The notes below the pieces were generated by a model. The model was not told where the DNA came from and ran no database searches. It saw only the letters and a program-made list of their open reading frames with translations. This document shows, piece by piece, positions 9,028 through 18,344 of a stretch of DNA of 64,000 bases. Made by a program: the position numbers and the translations under genes. The first letter of the stretch is position 1. Each line of letters opens with the position of its first letter. Location: positions 419,844 to 483,843 of the forward strand of contig DDWV01000001.1 of NCBI GenBank assembly GCA_002347045.1. Reading direction: 5' to 3'. The DNA is from Candidatus Collierbacteria bacterium UBA2277 (GTDB lineage Bacteria > Patescibacteriota > Microgenomatia > UBA1400 > MFAQ01).

Positions 9028-9075
9028 TTCTGAATTCAACTGTTCTTTTAGCAGCCAAGGAAAATAGGAGGAGTA

Positions 9076-9279
9076 ATGAGAGTAAAAGTACTATATGCAC
9101 TCCCCAGGGAGAGCATATCAGAGTATTGTGATAGGCTTGTTAAACAAGCAATACATCAAAACTCCACTGTATATGGAGTGTTTAATACAATTTCTTTTAT
9201 TGCTTGCCCGGACACAGCCCCAGAGTATCTAGAGGGGTACTATAGTGGTCGAATATATAGCCCGATGAATGAAAGGTAG
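9076..9279 (+). CDS. hypothetical small protein (67 aa)
   Basis: Strong promoter + AGGAGG SD 8 nt upstream of ATG. Confidence 0.5.
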   Translation: MRVKVLYALPRESISEYCDRLVKQAIHQNSTVYGVFNTISFIACPDTAPEYLEGYYSGRIYSPMNER

Positions 9280-9345
9280 TGTATATGTTCCCCATGAAGA
9301 TGGGGAATTTTTTTATGAAATATTTCTTTTGGATGAAGTTTGGCT

Positions 9346-10119
9346 TTATTTTTGAGACAGCTTGAAAACAAGAGACATGGAAAAGATGATAGCCTCTATA
9401 ACAATGATAGTTGGCCCTGCCGGAAGTCCCCAAGCTTGTGAAAAGAGTATTCCCAGAACTGTTCCAACGGCTCCTATTACGACCGCCCAAAATTTGTATT
9501 CAGGAAGTGATCGACTAATATTTCGTGACGCTCCGGCAGGTATCGCAATTAGGGCCACAGTAATCAGACCGCCAACCAGATAGACCCCAAGGGCGACAAC
9601 GACAGCAATTGAAAGAAGATAAACAAGATTGTAAAAAGAAACATTTATTTTCTTGGCGATAGCAATTTCTTCGTTGATATTTATGAGTATCATTTTTTTG
9701 TAAATGCGCTTGACACTGAGATATACAAGGACACTCAAAACCGTAACCATTGCTGTCTCCCATCCAGAGATCTTCATGATATTTCCGACTAGCGCCTCTT
9801 CGGCTTGGTCTATAGGTAAGAATAGTAGCGATGTCCCTACGCCAAAGGCGAATATTACGGCTGTTAGATTTTCCATTGGTAATTTTGTTTTTTTCTCTAG
9901 AAACCAGATTAGAATCGCTCCAAAAATTACAAAGGGGAAGACTCCAAGAGCAAAACTAAAATGATAAACGATTGCAAGTGCTACTCCCGGAAAAGCAAGG
10001 TGAGCTAGAGGCCCAGCGACAACAGACATTTTTTTTGAAAGCATTAAAGTGCCAAGATATGCCGCGGCACTACTTATTAATAGGCCACTAATTAGACTGA
10101 GGATTAGTTGTGTGTTCAT
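9346..10119 (-). CDS. znuB: metal (zinc/manganese) ABC transporter permease, ABC-3 family
   Basis: Polytopic membrane protein; operon context with ATPase and Fur-family regulator. Confidence 0.75.
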   Translation of the reverse strand: MNTQLILSLISGLLISSAAAYLGTLMLSKKMSVVAGPLAHLAFPGVALAIVYHFSFALGVFPFVIFGAILIWFLEKKTKLPMENLTAVIFAFGVGTSLLFLPIDQAEEALVGNIMKISGWETAMVTVLSVLVYLSVKRIYKKMILININEEIAIAKKINVSFYNLVYLLSIAVVVALGVYLVGGLITVALIAIPAGASRNISRSLPEYKFWAVVIGAVGTVLGILFSQAWGLPAGPTIIVIEAIIFSMSLVFKLSQK

Positions 10120-10838
10120 AGGTTTTTTGCTGGGTGATCATAAAGTTTAATTTCCATACCAAACACTTGTTCAAGCATGTTTGGAGTGAGAATTGATTTT
10201 GGCTCTCCAAAACACAGGTGTTTCTTTTGACTAAGACAAAGTACCTTTTTGGAGTATTTGTAAACAATGCTAACGTCATGAGTTACCAAAAAGATTGTTA
10301 GTTTTTGAGTTTGTTGAAGCTTGTGAAGAAGAGAGTAAAGATTTTCTCCTCCACCAATATCAATCCCTGATGTTGGTTCGTCCAAAAAAACTACCTGTGG
10401 ATTGTCGATGAGAACCCAGGCTATCAACATTCTCTGAAACTGACCTCCCGAAAGAGTATATGCGTTTTTAAATAGGAATTTTGCATCGAGACCTACTAGC
10501 TTTAGTGATTTAATAACCTCATCGGTTTTGTGGACAGGCTCTTTGAGATCGAAAATATCTTTAACTGTCAGAGGCATGCCTTTTATGGCTTGTTGGTTAA
10601 GATTTTGAGGTAGATATCCGATTGAGACTTTTTTGTTCCAGATTATTTCCCCATTAAACGGTAGTATTCCTAGAATGGCTTTGAGAAGAACGCTTTTTCC
10701 AGAGCCATTGGGGCCTAATATAGTAATAGTATCTCCTTCGTTTACCGAAAAGGATAAGTTGTTGTGAACAATGTGGCCATCTAAAACAACATTTAGATTT
10801 TTGATTTCAAGTAATTTGCTCATATACATTTTTGGCAC
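10116..10838 (-). CDS. znuC: metal ABC transporter ATP-binding protein
   Basis: Walker A GPNGSGKS, signature LSGGQFQR, Walker B VVFLDEP. Confidence 0.8.
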   Translation of the reverse strand: MPKMYMSKLLEIKNLNVVLDGHIVHNNLSFSVNEGDTITILGPNGSGKSVLLKAILGILPFNGEIIWNKKVSIGYLPQNLNQQAIKGMPLTVKDIFDLKEPVHKTDEVIKSLKLVGLDAKFLFKNAYTLSGGQFQRMLIAWVLIDNPQVVFLDEPTSGIDIGGGENLYSLLHKLQQTQKLTIFLVTHDVSIVYKYSKKVLCLSQKKHLCFGEPKSILTPNMLEQVFGMEIKLYDHPAKNL

Positions 10839-11224
10839 AAGCCAAAGAATTCAAGATCGTGTTTTTGAACATGAAAGTGATATTGGTTAGTAATAAACTT
10901 TTCTGTTTTTGAAAAACTGTGTTTCATTTTTATTGGAATGATCTTTTTGCATTTTGAACAAAACAAGTAATGATGGTGTGTGCTGGTAGATATCTCGAAG
11001 CGCCTTTGGCCATCGCCAAGTATCACCTCCGAAATGAACCCAGAAGATACAAGTTTTTTTGTTTCACGATAGATGGTGGTTTTGTTTGCCCTGACTTTAT
11101 ATATAAGATCTAAGGCTGTTTTTGGACAGCCTGATTCTGATAGTATTGACAATATTTTAAGTCTAATTGGAGTTTCTTTTAGGTTTAGCTCTCTGAGACG
11201 CAACTTTATATCATCGGTTGACAT
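10820..11224 (-). CDS. zur: Fur-family metalloregulator (likely Zur)
   Basis: wHTH N-terminus, HHHY...CSKC...CQKC metal sites; upstream of znuCB. Confidence 0.7.
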   Translation of the reverse strand: MSTDDIKLRLRELNLKETPIRLKILSILSESGCPKTALDLIYKVRANKTTIYRETKKLVSSGFISEVILGDGQRRFEISTSTHHHYLFCSKCKKIIPIKMKHSFSKTEKFITNQYHFHVQKHDLEFFGLCQKCI

Positions 11225-11236
11225 ACTTCAATGTAA

Positions 11237-11251
11237 TGCAACTAAGTTGCA
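11237..11251. promoter_or_regulatory. 7-1-7 palindrome TGCAACT-A-AGTTGCA in the zur promoter spacer (putative Zur/Fur-type operator)
   Basis: Perfect inverted repeat lying between TTGACA and TTACAT hexamers on the minus strand immediately upstream of zur ATG. Confidence 0.4.
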
Positions 11252-11272
11252 CTTGTCAAGAATTTTCTGTGT

Positions 11273-12238
11273 CTATAGACAGAGAGCGTCTTCACCCGTG
11301 ACTTCATCCCCATTTGATTCACCAATTCCAGGAATAGGATCATAGTCTTCCATAGGTTTGGCTGGGATTGGGGTAACGTATTTGACTTCGTTGTTTAAAG
11401 GAATTTTGGCGTTTGGCAGAGTGATTATCTTTTGACTCTTAAGCCAGTTATCAAAACCGACCCAGTAAAGATCTTTTAAACAGAGTACTTTCTCGTACTC
11501 TTGCCACCATTCGAGACGAGTACCCCCAAGATATGCGTGAGAAACAATTATCATGTTGTCTGGCTTCTTGGCGATACTTTCCTCAAGTATCTTGCCGAAC
11601 TCTATTGCGTCAGAACCTCTTGCCCAAAGACTGTAATCACAGAGTGATCCTCTACCCATAGGTTCTCCAACATCGACATTGGTAACAGAGATCACTTTTG
11701 CTTTGTATTCTTGTGGCTGATAAATAACAGCCTCAACGTCCTGAGTTCCGCGACCTAAGATAAATGGAATACCTAGAGCATCTGCTGCTTTGAGTGTTGT
11801 TTCATCGTAGGCGAAGTATCGACTGCCAAAAACTCTCATTTCCTTGCCGGTGATACTCTTTACCGTCTCTTTTGCTTCTTTGAGATATTTGTACTGGTCA
11901 TCGTAAGTCATGTCCCAAAAAGCAGCTTTGTCGTAGCCACCCGCTATTTCGTAACCTTTATCAGCTAGACGTTTGAAAACTTCTTGGTTTTCCTTTAGGA
12001 CATTGTCTTGAACTTTCACCAGAGCAGTAAGATTGCGTGCGTCTAGTTGTTTTTCCCATTGAAGAATACCGTCTATGCTTTCGAACTCAATAAGCATAAG
12101 CATGGTGTTGATTGGGCGATTGGAAATTTTGTTGAGTACTTTGGGGTTTATCAATAGAAGAGAGACTACAAATAGTATTACCAAACTGAGCAAAAACAGA
12201 GTGTATTTTTTATAAGAGCCGACCTTCTTTTTTTTCAT
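11273..12238 (-). CDS. secreted/membrane-anchored protein, possibly polysaccharide deacetylase-like
   Basis: N-terminal TM anchor; weak resemblance only. Confidence 0.3.
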   Translation of the reverse strand: MKKKKVGSYKKYTLFLLSLVILFVVSLLLINPKVLNKISNRPINTMLMLIEFESIDGILQWEKQLDARNLTALVKVQDNVLKENQEVFKRLADKGYEIAGGYDKAAFWDMTYDDQYKYLKEAKETVKSITGKEMRVFGSRYFAYDETTLKAADALGIPFILGRGTQDVEAVIYQPQEYKAKVISVTNVDVGEPMGRGSLCDYSLWARGSDAIEFGKILEESIAKKPDNMIIVSHAYLGGTRLEWWQEYEKVLCLKDLYWVGFDNWLKSQKIITLPNAKIPLNNEVKYVTPIPAKPMEDYDPIPGIGESNGDEVTGEDALCL

Positions 12239-12299
12239 AATTTTTATGTAATTTATATTACTATAAATAATAGTACACTATATGTCATATGACTGCGAC

Positions 12300-13481
12300 T
12301 TAGCCAAAGAGCAGCCACTCTGGTTTAAAGATCAGCAAAAACCCAATAACAATCATTAAGATTCCACCAACTAAGTGTGACGTGCGAGAGTACTTACTTT
12401 GGATACCGGTAAGACGTAGTGTGAACATAGCCGTAAAAAAGATAAAAAGATCGTCGAGCATAAAAACAAAAATGTACAAGAGCAAATAAAGGTAATACTG
12501 TAGTGGAGGAAGATTGTAATTGCTTAGTAATTGAGTGTAGATAGCCGGCAATCCTGCAGAGCACACTAGTTCAACCAAATTAACAGCAAAGGCTAATAGA
12601 ACAATACCGGCTAAAGCTACTATCAGTTGTTTTCTTTGGGTGATGTCTTTTAGTTTTTCAAAAATTCTTTGTCTTTTGGTATCGCCCATGACTTTACAGC
12701 CTCCGTCTTTGTTGATGAAGTAGTCTTTGAGATAGAAGCTTCCAGAAGTTAGGGCAAGAATACCGATGATAAGCCTTATCCAGATGACAAAACCGAGGAA
12801 TAAAAAGAGATTCAACCAAGCAGAGAGGAATAAGAAATAGGCAAAAGCGGAAACCACAATAAAAGTGGTTCCTAAAAGCCACATTCTTTTTTGATCTTTC
12901 ATACCCAGAAGCAGACTTATTAGAAATAGAAGTGTCCACATAGCACAAGGATTGAAACCGTCTATCATGGCTACTGCTACTGTTAAAAGAGGTAGTGAAA
13001 GTTTATTTATATCTAAGTTTCCAAGTAGAGGAATTTTTAGTGCTTCAGGAGTTTCGTTTGGAGTTTTGTCATTGGGTATATTGCTGTCGACCACTTTCGG
13101 AGCAAATATATCTTCATAATTGCCACTTATTGCTTTGACTATGGATTCTTCAATCTTTTTCCCAGTTAATTCATCGTTGTAGTAACCAGAAAAAAAATCT
13201 GTACCTACTACAGTAAAGGGTACTCCGCGGATTTCAGTATTTAACCTTGTTCCGGCTATCTGAAGAAGGTCTCTATTGACCTGACTGTTTGTAATTTCAT
13301 AGTTCTTAACTGTTAAGTCTGGATATTTTGCTTCTAATTTATCGAGAAAAAGTTTTTCTTTAGAGCAGTGAGGACATCCTGATCCCCAGAAAAAATGTAG
13401 AGTAATTTCGCTGGCAAAAACTGGTATAACCGAGAAGAAGAACAGTGATGTGGTCAAGAAGAATAGAAACAGCTTTTTCAT
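12300..13481 (-). CDS. thiol:disulfide oxidoreductase fusion: thioredoxin-fold (WGSGCPHC) + CcdA/DsbD-like membrane domain
   Basis: Signal peptide, CxxC, then polytopic domain with conserved Cys in TM segments (NPCAMW, VCSAGLP). Confidence 0.5.
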   Translation of the reverse strand: MKKLFLFFLTTSLFFFSVIPVFASEITLHFFWGSGCPHCSKEKLFLDKLEAKYPDLTVKNYEITNSQVNRDLLQIAGTRLNTEIRGVPFTVVGTDFFSGYYNDELTGKKIEESIVKAISGNYEDIFAPKVVDSNIPNDKTPNETPEALKIPLLGNLDINKLSLPLLTVAVAMIDGFNPCAMWTLLFLISLLLGMKDQKRMWLLGTTFIVVSAFAYFLFLSAWLNLFLFLGFVIWIRLIIGILALTSGSFYLKDYFINKDGGCKVMGDTKRQRIFEKLKDITQRKQLIVALAGIVLLAFAVNLVELVCSAGLPAIYTQLLSNYNLPPLQYYLYLLLYIFVFMLDDLFIFFTAMFTLRLTGIQSKYSRTSHLVGGILMIVIGFLLIFKPEWLLFG

Positions 13482-13754
13482 TTATCTATCTTTGTACTCT
13501 TTTATTAATTGAATTAGCTTTTCCTTTTCCACTTCCCCCGTGAGCCTTTGTATTTCTTTACCTTGGTTATCTTCAAAGATAAATACCGGTAGTACGCCGG
13601 AATTTACTTTGTATTTCTCAATGGTTTCTTTATCTATATCAAAGTCGTAGTACTCGGTGACTAAGTTTGGATCTTCTTTTTCTATCTCTTGCCATCGAGG
13701 TTTCATAACTAGACAACCATTGCACCAGACGGCTCCGATTTTTATTACTTTCAT
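13482..13754 (-). CDS. thioredoxin-like protein
   Basis: WCNGC active-site motif, 90 aa. Confidence 0.6.
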   Translation of the reverse strand: MKVIKIGAVWCNGCLVMKPRWQEIEKEDPNLVTEYYDFDIDKETIEKYKVNSGVLPVFIFEDNQGKEIQRLTGEVEKEKLIQLIKEYKDR

Positions 13755-14920
13755 ATTTTTTTTGAATAATTACTAATTGAGTATGAGGCAATGAAAGTTG
13801 TTATTGGAACAGCCATAACCAAGCCAATACTGCCTACCAGAGTTCGTACGATTTCATCAGCAATAATTTCGTAGTTTATCAGTTCTGTAAATGGCTTTGG
13901 ATTGTCTACAAATAGTAAAAGTAAAGGGAGAGCGGCTCCTGTATAAACTAGTATCAGAGTGTTTACCATGGAGGCAATGTGATCTTTGCCTACTGACATG
14001 GCTTTAGAATATAACTCTTTGGATTTTAACTGCGGATTTGCTAGTTTTAATTCTTGAACTATGGCTGATTGTGAGATAGTAATGTCATCAAGAACTCCTA
14101 GAACACCAATTATCATTCCTGCAAGGAGCAGTCCTTTGATGTTTATGGTCCCCTCTTTGAATACATTTAAAAAACCGGCCTCTTCGGAAGCGAAACCTGT
14201 AAGTTTTGTCGCCTCAACAAATATGGTTGCAAGAATACCAGTAGCAATAAGAGAGATAAGAGTACCGAGAACGGCAACAAACGTCTTTCTATTTACTCCG
14301 TGAGATAAGAAAAACGTAACAGGTATTATGGCAAGAGAACCAAGGATGGCGACAGTAACAGGATCGCTTCCTTGATAGATACTAGGCAGTATAAATTTTA
14401 TAATCACTACAAAAGAGACACCCATGCCCAAGATTGAGCTTAGTCCTTTCCATTTTCCAATAATGACAGTGATCAAAACGAATATCAGAAATAAAACTAA
14501 GAGCGGTGTGCGTCGAACATAATCTGAGATAAAATATGTTTCACTTCCTGCTGAGTCAACAGCATATGAGATTACTATTTCGTCTCCTACTTTATATAAA
14601 GTATTGCTTCCTTGATAAATATCGCCACTTTCTAAGTTAATTACTTTTCCTTTTTGTGACCCTTTTGTAATTTGGATCTCAAGTTGCTGATATAACTGTT
14701 CCTTTGTCTGGTTTGAAGTAGTGATACGTCTTTGACCTGTTAAGCTGACTATTTTCCCTTCTAATGTTTCTTCTTGGTATCCGGTTGAAGCATACTCTTC
14801 TCCGATAGCCAGGGTTATTTCTTCTGTGCTTGATTGGGCAAGCACTGGAAACTTAACGATAGAAAGACAAAATAACAACGATAAGCAGGCAAAAATTATG
14901 GAGATAAATGTATTTTTCAT
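13751..14920 (-). CDS. YibE/F family membrane protein
   Basis: Signal/anchor, extracellular domain then 6-7 TM with GVLDDITISQ-type motif. Confidence 0.5.
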   Translation of the reverse strand: MKNTFISIIFACLSLLFCLSIVKFPVLAQSSTEEITLAIGEEYASTGYQEETLEGKIVSLTGQRRITTSNQTKEQLYQQLEIQITKGSQKGKVINLESGDIYQGSNTLYKVGDEIVISYAVDSAGSETYFISDYVRRTPLLVLFLIFVLITVIIGKWKGLSSILGMGVSFVVIIKFILPSIYQGSDPVTVAILGSLAIIPVTFFLSHGVNRKTFVAVLGTLISLIATGILATIFVEATKLTGFASEEAGFLNVFKEGTINIKGLLLAGMIIGVLGVLDDITISQSAIVQELKLANPQLKSKELYSKAMSVGKDHIASMVNTLILVYTGAALPLLLLFVDNPKPFTELINYEIIADEIVRTLVGSIGLVMAVPITTFIASYSISNYSKKI

Positions 14921-14994
14921 AAACAGATGACTTCTATAGTTTAATCTTCCACTTATTATAGCGGTGATGAATCTTATGTATTAGCAATCCAACT

Positions 14995-15195
14995 TTATTT
15001 CTTTTTTGTATTTACCGATGATTTGCTGGATATGGATTGCTGGCTTAAACCTAATCCAAGGCCTCTTCTTCCTCGACAACCACTTCTACGACCCCCAACT
15101 GCTCTTGAGGACGAAGATGCTGGATTACACTGACCTAAACCTCTTCCTGTATTTGCCCCTGTCCCCCTTGGACCTGTTTTGTCTAAATTTGGCAT
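14995..15195 (-). CDS. small Gly/Arg-rich protein (DUF5320-like, MPxxDxTGPxGxGxxTGRGxGxC)
   Basis: N-terminal MPNLDKTGPRGTGANTGRGLGQC pattern recalled from small conserved hypothetical proteins; opposite-strand ORF 15006..15203 rejected. Confidence 0.35.
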   Translation of the reverse strand: MPNLDKTGPRGTGANTGRGLGQCNPASSSSRAVGGRRSGCRGRRGLGLGLSQQSISSKSSVNTKKK

Positions 15196-15559
15196 TTTTG
15201 TAATTTATAATGGATAATTATTCATTATAATATAATACTTTTTATTTTTCATTTGCGTAAAATGGACTCAGTGTCTTGTTGACTTGATGAATTCTTGTAC
15301 TTTGTACTATGATTGATATATGAAAAAAGAAGAGAATGATTGTTGTTCGAAGAAAGTATTTATAAAGAGAGGTAATGGTAGCCATGGTAGCTCTGACGCA
15401 ATATACGGCCTGGGGGTAGTAGGAGCACTGTTTTATTTTCTTGAGGGGGCAAGTAGTTTTGGGATGGTACTTATCGGAATTGGAAAATCTATTTTTTGGC
15501 CAGCGATACTGATGTTTAAGTTGCTGAGCTATCTTCAAATCTGATGTAGAATCAGGTGA

Positions 15560-16147
15560 GTGAAAAATGGACGATATTTTTGGATCATCTTGATTTTTGT
15601 GATTGTATTTTGTGTGTCTTTTTTGTACAAAACATTGAGTAGTAGCAAAACACCCCTTGTCTCTCCTGAAATGGAGATCGTAATACCTGATATATCTACA
15701 ATTGAAGAGGCTTCGGAATCAGTAAAATTGATCGCTTCTCCTAGCTCTGTTTTAGCTTATACAGATTCGGTAGATATTTCTTTAACTGGGGTAGAGATTG
15801 CATCGTCTACTCCAACAATGGCTCCAAATAAAATAATTGTTACTCCATCCCCTGCGACATCTGAAGAAGTCAATGGATATATAGAAAGATTTTCATCTCA
15901 GTTTGCGGTGGATCCAGATGTTCTGAGATATGTGGCTATATGTGAGTCTGGTTTTAGGTCAAATGCTGTCAACGGACCTTATGTCGGTTTGTACCAGTTT
16001 GGTTCGGTAACTTGGAAAAATATACGAAAAGAAATCGGCGAAAATTCTGATCCAGACCTACGATTTGAGGCAAAAGACTCTGTTCAAACAGCTGCTTATG
16101 CAATATCTAAAGGGAAGGGTGGAATGTGGCCAAACTGTATGCCCTAA
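15560..16147 (+). CDS. membrane-anchored transglycosylase-like (Rpf/Tgl-like) domain protein
   Basis: C-terminal ...ICESGFRSNAVNGPYVGLYQFGSVTW... resembles CESGG..GLYQF transglycosylase-like domain. Confidence 0.5.
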   Translation: MKNGRYFWIILIFVIVFCVSFLYKTLSSSKTPLVSPEMEIVIPDISTIEEASESVKLIASPSSVLAYTDSVDISLTGVEIASSTPTMAPNKIIVTPSPATSEEVNGYIERFSSQFAVDPDVLRYVAICESGFRSNAVNGPYVGLYQFGSVTWKNIRKEIGENSDPDLRFEAKDSVQTAAYAISKGKGGMWPNCMP

Positions 16148-16294
16148 TGTAAAGATTACTTTCCTTTTGGTGAAGACACTAGAAGTATTCCAGAGGTTGA
16201 TTAATTTCTAATCTGACTTTGCGTTTGTCGATTATTAATGACCAGTATCTTCACAGCGAGCCTGAAAAATACATGAATGGTTGGCATGAAGTAA

Positions 16295-17290
16295 TTATTG
16301 ATCAGTGAAGAGTTTATCAATTTCCCTGACTGCTTTTCTTTGACGTATTTTTGGAGAGCCTGAAACAGTAATGAACTTTAGATTGTGTTTTGTAAGTTCA
16401 TCCTTAAAACGTTGGTGCATTTTATGTCTTATCTTTTCTCCGTCTCTTGTACCATCTTGAACAAAGGGAATCTCATCTTCAGTAAGAATATATAGACTTT
16501 TATTTTCTGTGTTTGCAACCGTATCAAGAGTGGGAAGAAGAAAGCCAATGTATCTTTCGTGCCATAGCCTAGTTGCAAAAGCGTCTGTGTCGCAGACTAG
16601 AAGCTTGTTAGCCTTTCTGGCGAAAAAGTTTTCTAGAGTATTTTGAGTCTTGGCAATATGAACAAATTCATCTGAGGTCCATTTTTCTTGATCTACCAAA
16701 GAAGCTCTTCCTTCGGAGTAGGTTCGGCCATATTCTGGGACCCAGGAAGTGTGATAATAATTCGCTAGCGACTTTGCTAGTGTTGTGGTTCCTGTTGATT
16801 CAGCCCCAAGAATTACCACCCTTTTGGCATAATAGGCCCGGACAGGTTCGCTTATAAACTCCCAGTACTTGAAAGGGTTGGATCGAACTAGTGAGCCTGA
16901 GATTGGAATGATTTTTCTATCGATATCTACCAATACATGTTTACTTCCCATACATTTTGCATATTTAATTCCATATTTTTCTGAAGAAAACACAGCTTCA
17001 GGAACAAACCCAAGCAATCTTTGAGTAATATCAGCCCATTCTTGCGAAATATCAGTTGAGATTGAGTCGAGCCGGTCGTTGTGGATACATATCTTTACGT
17101 CGACCTGTGGGTATAGCTCTTTTATCCAATTTTCACGAACATTTGGATCGAAAGAATTTTTGCTGTTTTGGCAAATAATAACGGATACTTTTTCTGACCT
17201 ATTTATAGCTGTCTCTAGTAAAAACTGATGACCTTTGTGAAAAGGTTGAAACTTTCCAATTATTAAGCCAGTTTTAAATAACTTTTTCAT
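16295..17290 (-). CDS. nadR: NadR-type bifunctional NMN adenylyltransferase / ribosylnicotinamide kinase
   Basis: GKFQPFHKGH (HxGH nucleotidyltransferase), second P-loop ILGAESTGTTTLA; adjacent pnuC; start taken at internal MKKLF (ORF track begins 17335). Confidence 0.7.
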   Translation of the reverse strand: MKKLFKTGLIIGKFQPFHKGHQFLLETAINRSEKVSVIICQNSKNSFDPNVRENWIKELYPQVDVKICIHNDRLDSISTDISQEWADITQRLLGFVPEAVFSSEKYGIKYAKCMGSKHVLVDIDRKIIPISGSLVRSNPFKYWEFISEPVRAYYAKRVVILGAESTGTTTLAKSLANYYHTSWVPEYGRTYSEGRASLVDQEKWTSDEFVHIAKTQNTLENFFARKANKLLVCDTDAFATRLWHERYIGFLLPTLDTVANTENKSLYILTEDEIPFVQDGTRDGEKIRHKMHQRFKDELTKHNLKFITVSGSPKIRQRKAVREIDKLFTDQ

Positions 17291-17945
17291 ATGTTCTATT
17301 GGTCTTATACCAGTCGATGAGGCCTTTGATTGCATTTATTAGGAAGGCAAAATATAGAAGTGAAAGGAAGATAACTCCTTTTTGGTAGTAGAGGAAAACA
17401 CCAATAATGTCGACTATTATCCATAGATACCAGTTTTCAATTTTTCTTTTTGCAAGATAGATATTGGCCACGAAACTCATGGCTGTTGTGAAAGCATCCA
17501 TAAATGGAAAAGAAGCGGCTACAGGAAATAGAACTGGAAATATTAGATGGATATTTGACATAAAGTAACTCAAAAAAATGGTAAGGATAACGATAGAGAG
17601 TATACCAATCAGATTAAATTTCTTGGTACCAAAGCTGACTTTGAGTTCGTTGTTGGAATCCTTTTCATCCTTTTTGGGGTGTGTCCATAACCACCATCCC
17701 CAAAAGCCGGTGAGAAGATAGTATATTTGTTCAAAAAGATCAGAGTAAAGTTGAATTTGATAAAACAAGAAACCAAAAAGGACTACACCGACAAGACCAA
17801 TTGGCCATGATAGTGTCTTGTTTTTTGCAGAAAGATATACTGACCAGCCGGTAAACATTGTTCCGAAAAACTCTAGATAACTCATAGGATAGTTTAATAA
17901 AGTAAAGAAGGTGGTATTTATATCGAACAGTGTTTGTAAGGTCAT
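17274..17945 (-). CDS. pnuC: nicotinamide riboside transporter
   Basis: ~7 TM with Trp-rich segments (TGFWGWWLW); pnuC-nadR synteny. Confidence 0.7.
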   Translation of the reverse strand: MTLQTLFDINTTFFTLLNYPMSYLEFFGTMFTGWSVYLSAKNKTLSWPIGLVGVVLFGFLFYQIQLYSDLFEQIYYLLTGFWGWWLWTHPKKDEKDSNNELKVSFGTKKFNLIGILSIVILTIFLSYFMSNIHLIFPVLFPVAASFPFMDAFTTAMSFVANIYLAKRKIENWYLWIIVDIIGVFLYYQKGVIFLSLLYFAFLINAIKGLIDWYKTNRTYEKVI

Positions 17946-18064
17946 ATTTCTTTTTTTGTAATAACAGAATATTCTATAACGACTCAGCGTGTTGTCAACA
18001 CTATTAGAGCATGTCTTAGAGTGATATAATTTGATATATTCTAGCTCATTAAAAAAGGAGAGAT

Positions 18065-18334
18065 ATGTCTAATATTGATAACTTTGAGATATCGGAAAGA
18101 ATTTTTATAAGAATGACCGTAGATGACTCCTCTATTCCTGCAATTGTAAACGTCCTAAAAGAAGTAAATCCTAACGCAAGCAACGAGGATTTGATTCTTT
18201 TTATGGCAGAGTGTGTGGAAAGATCTCATAAGCCTAAAGATGAATCTTTTATGAATGCTTCCATACAGCCATCAAACCAAAGGCGTATGACTTCAAGTTC
18301 CTGCACTGGAAGTAGCACAAGTTCCTGTTGCTAG
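18065..18334 (+). CDS. candidate RiPP precursor peptide (89 aa) with C-terminal Cys/Ser/Thr-rich tail MTSSSCTGSSTSSCC
   Basis: Strong SD AAAGGAGAG; stops 10 nt before radical-SAM gene; Cys-rich C-terminus. Confidence 0.45.
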   Translation: MSNIDNFEISERIFIRMTVDDSSIPAIVNVLKEVNPNASNEDLILFMAECVERSHKPKDESFMNASIQPSNQRRMTSSSCTGSSTSSCC

Positions 18335-18344
18335 AGGAAACAAT

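Noticed and set aside
15242-15544. ORFs 15242..15538 (-) and 15320..15544 (+)
   Set aside because: They overlap each other on opposite strands in an AT-rich gap, and neither has an SD or recognisable motif. The + ORF is hydrophobic and could be a small membrane protein, but support is insufficient.
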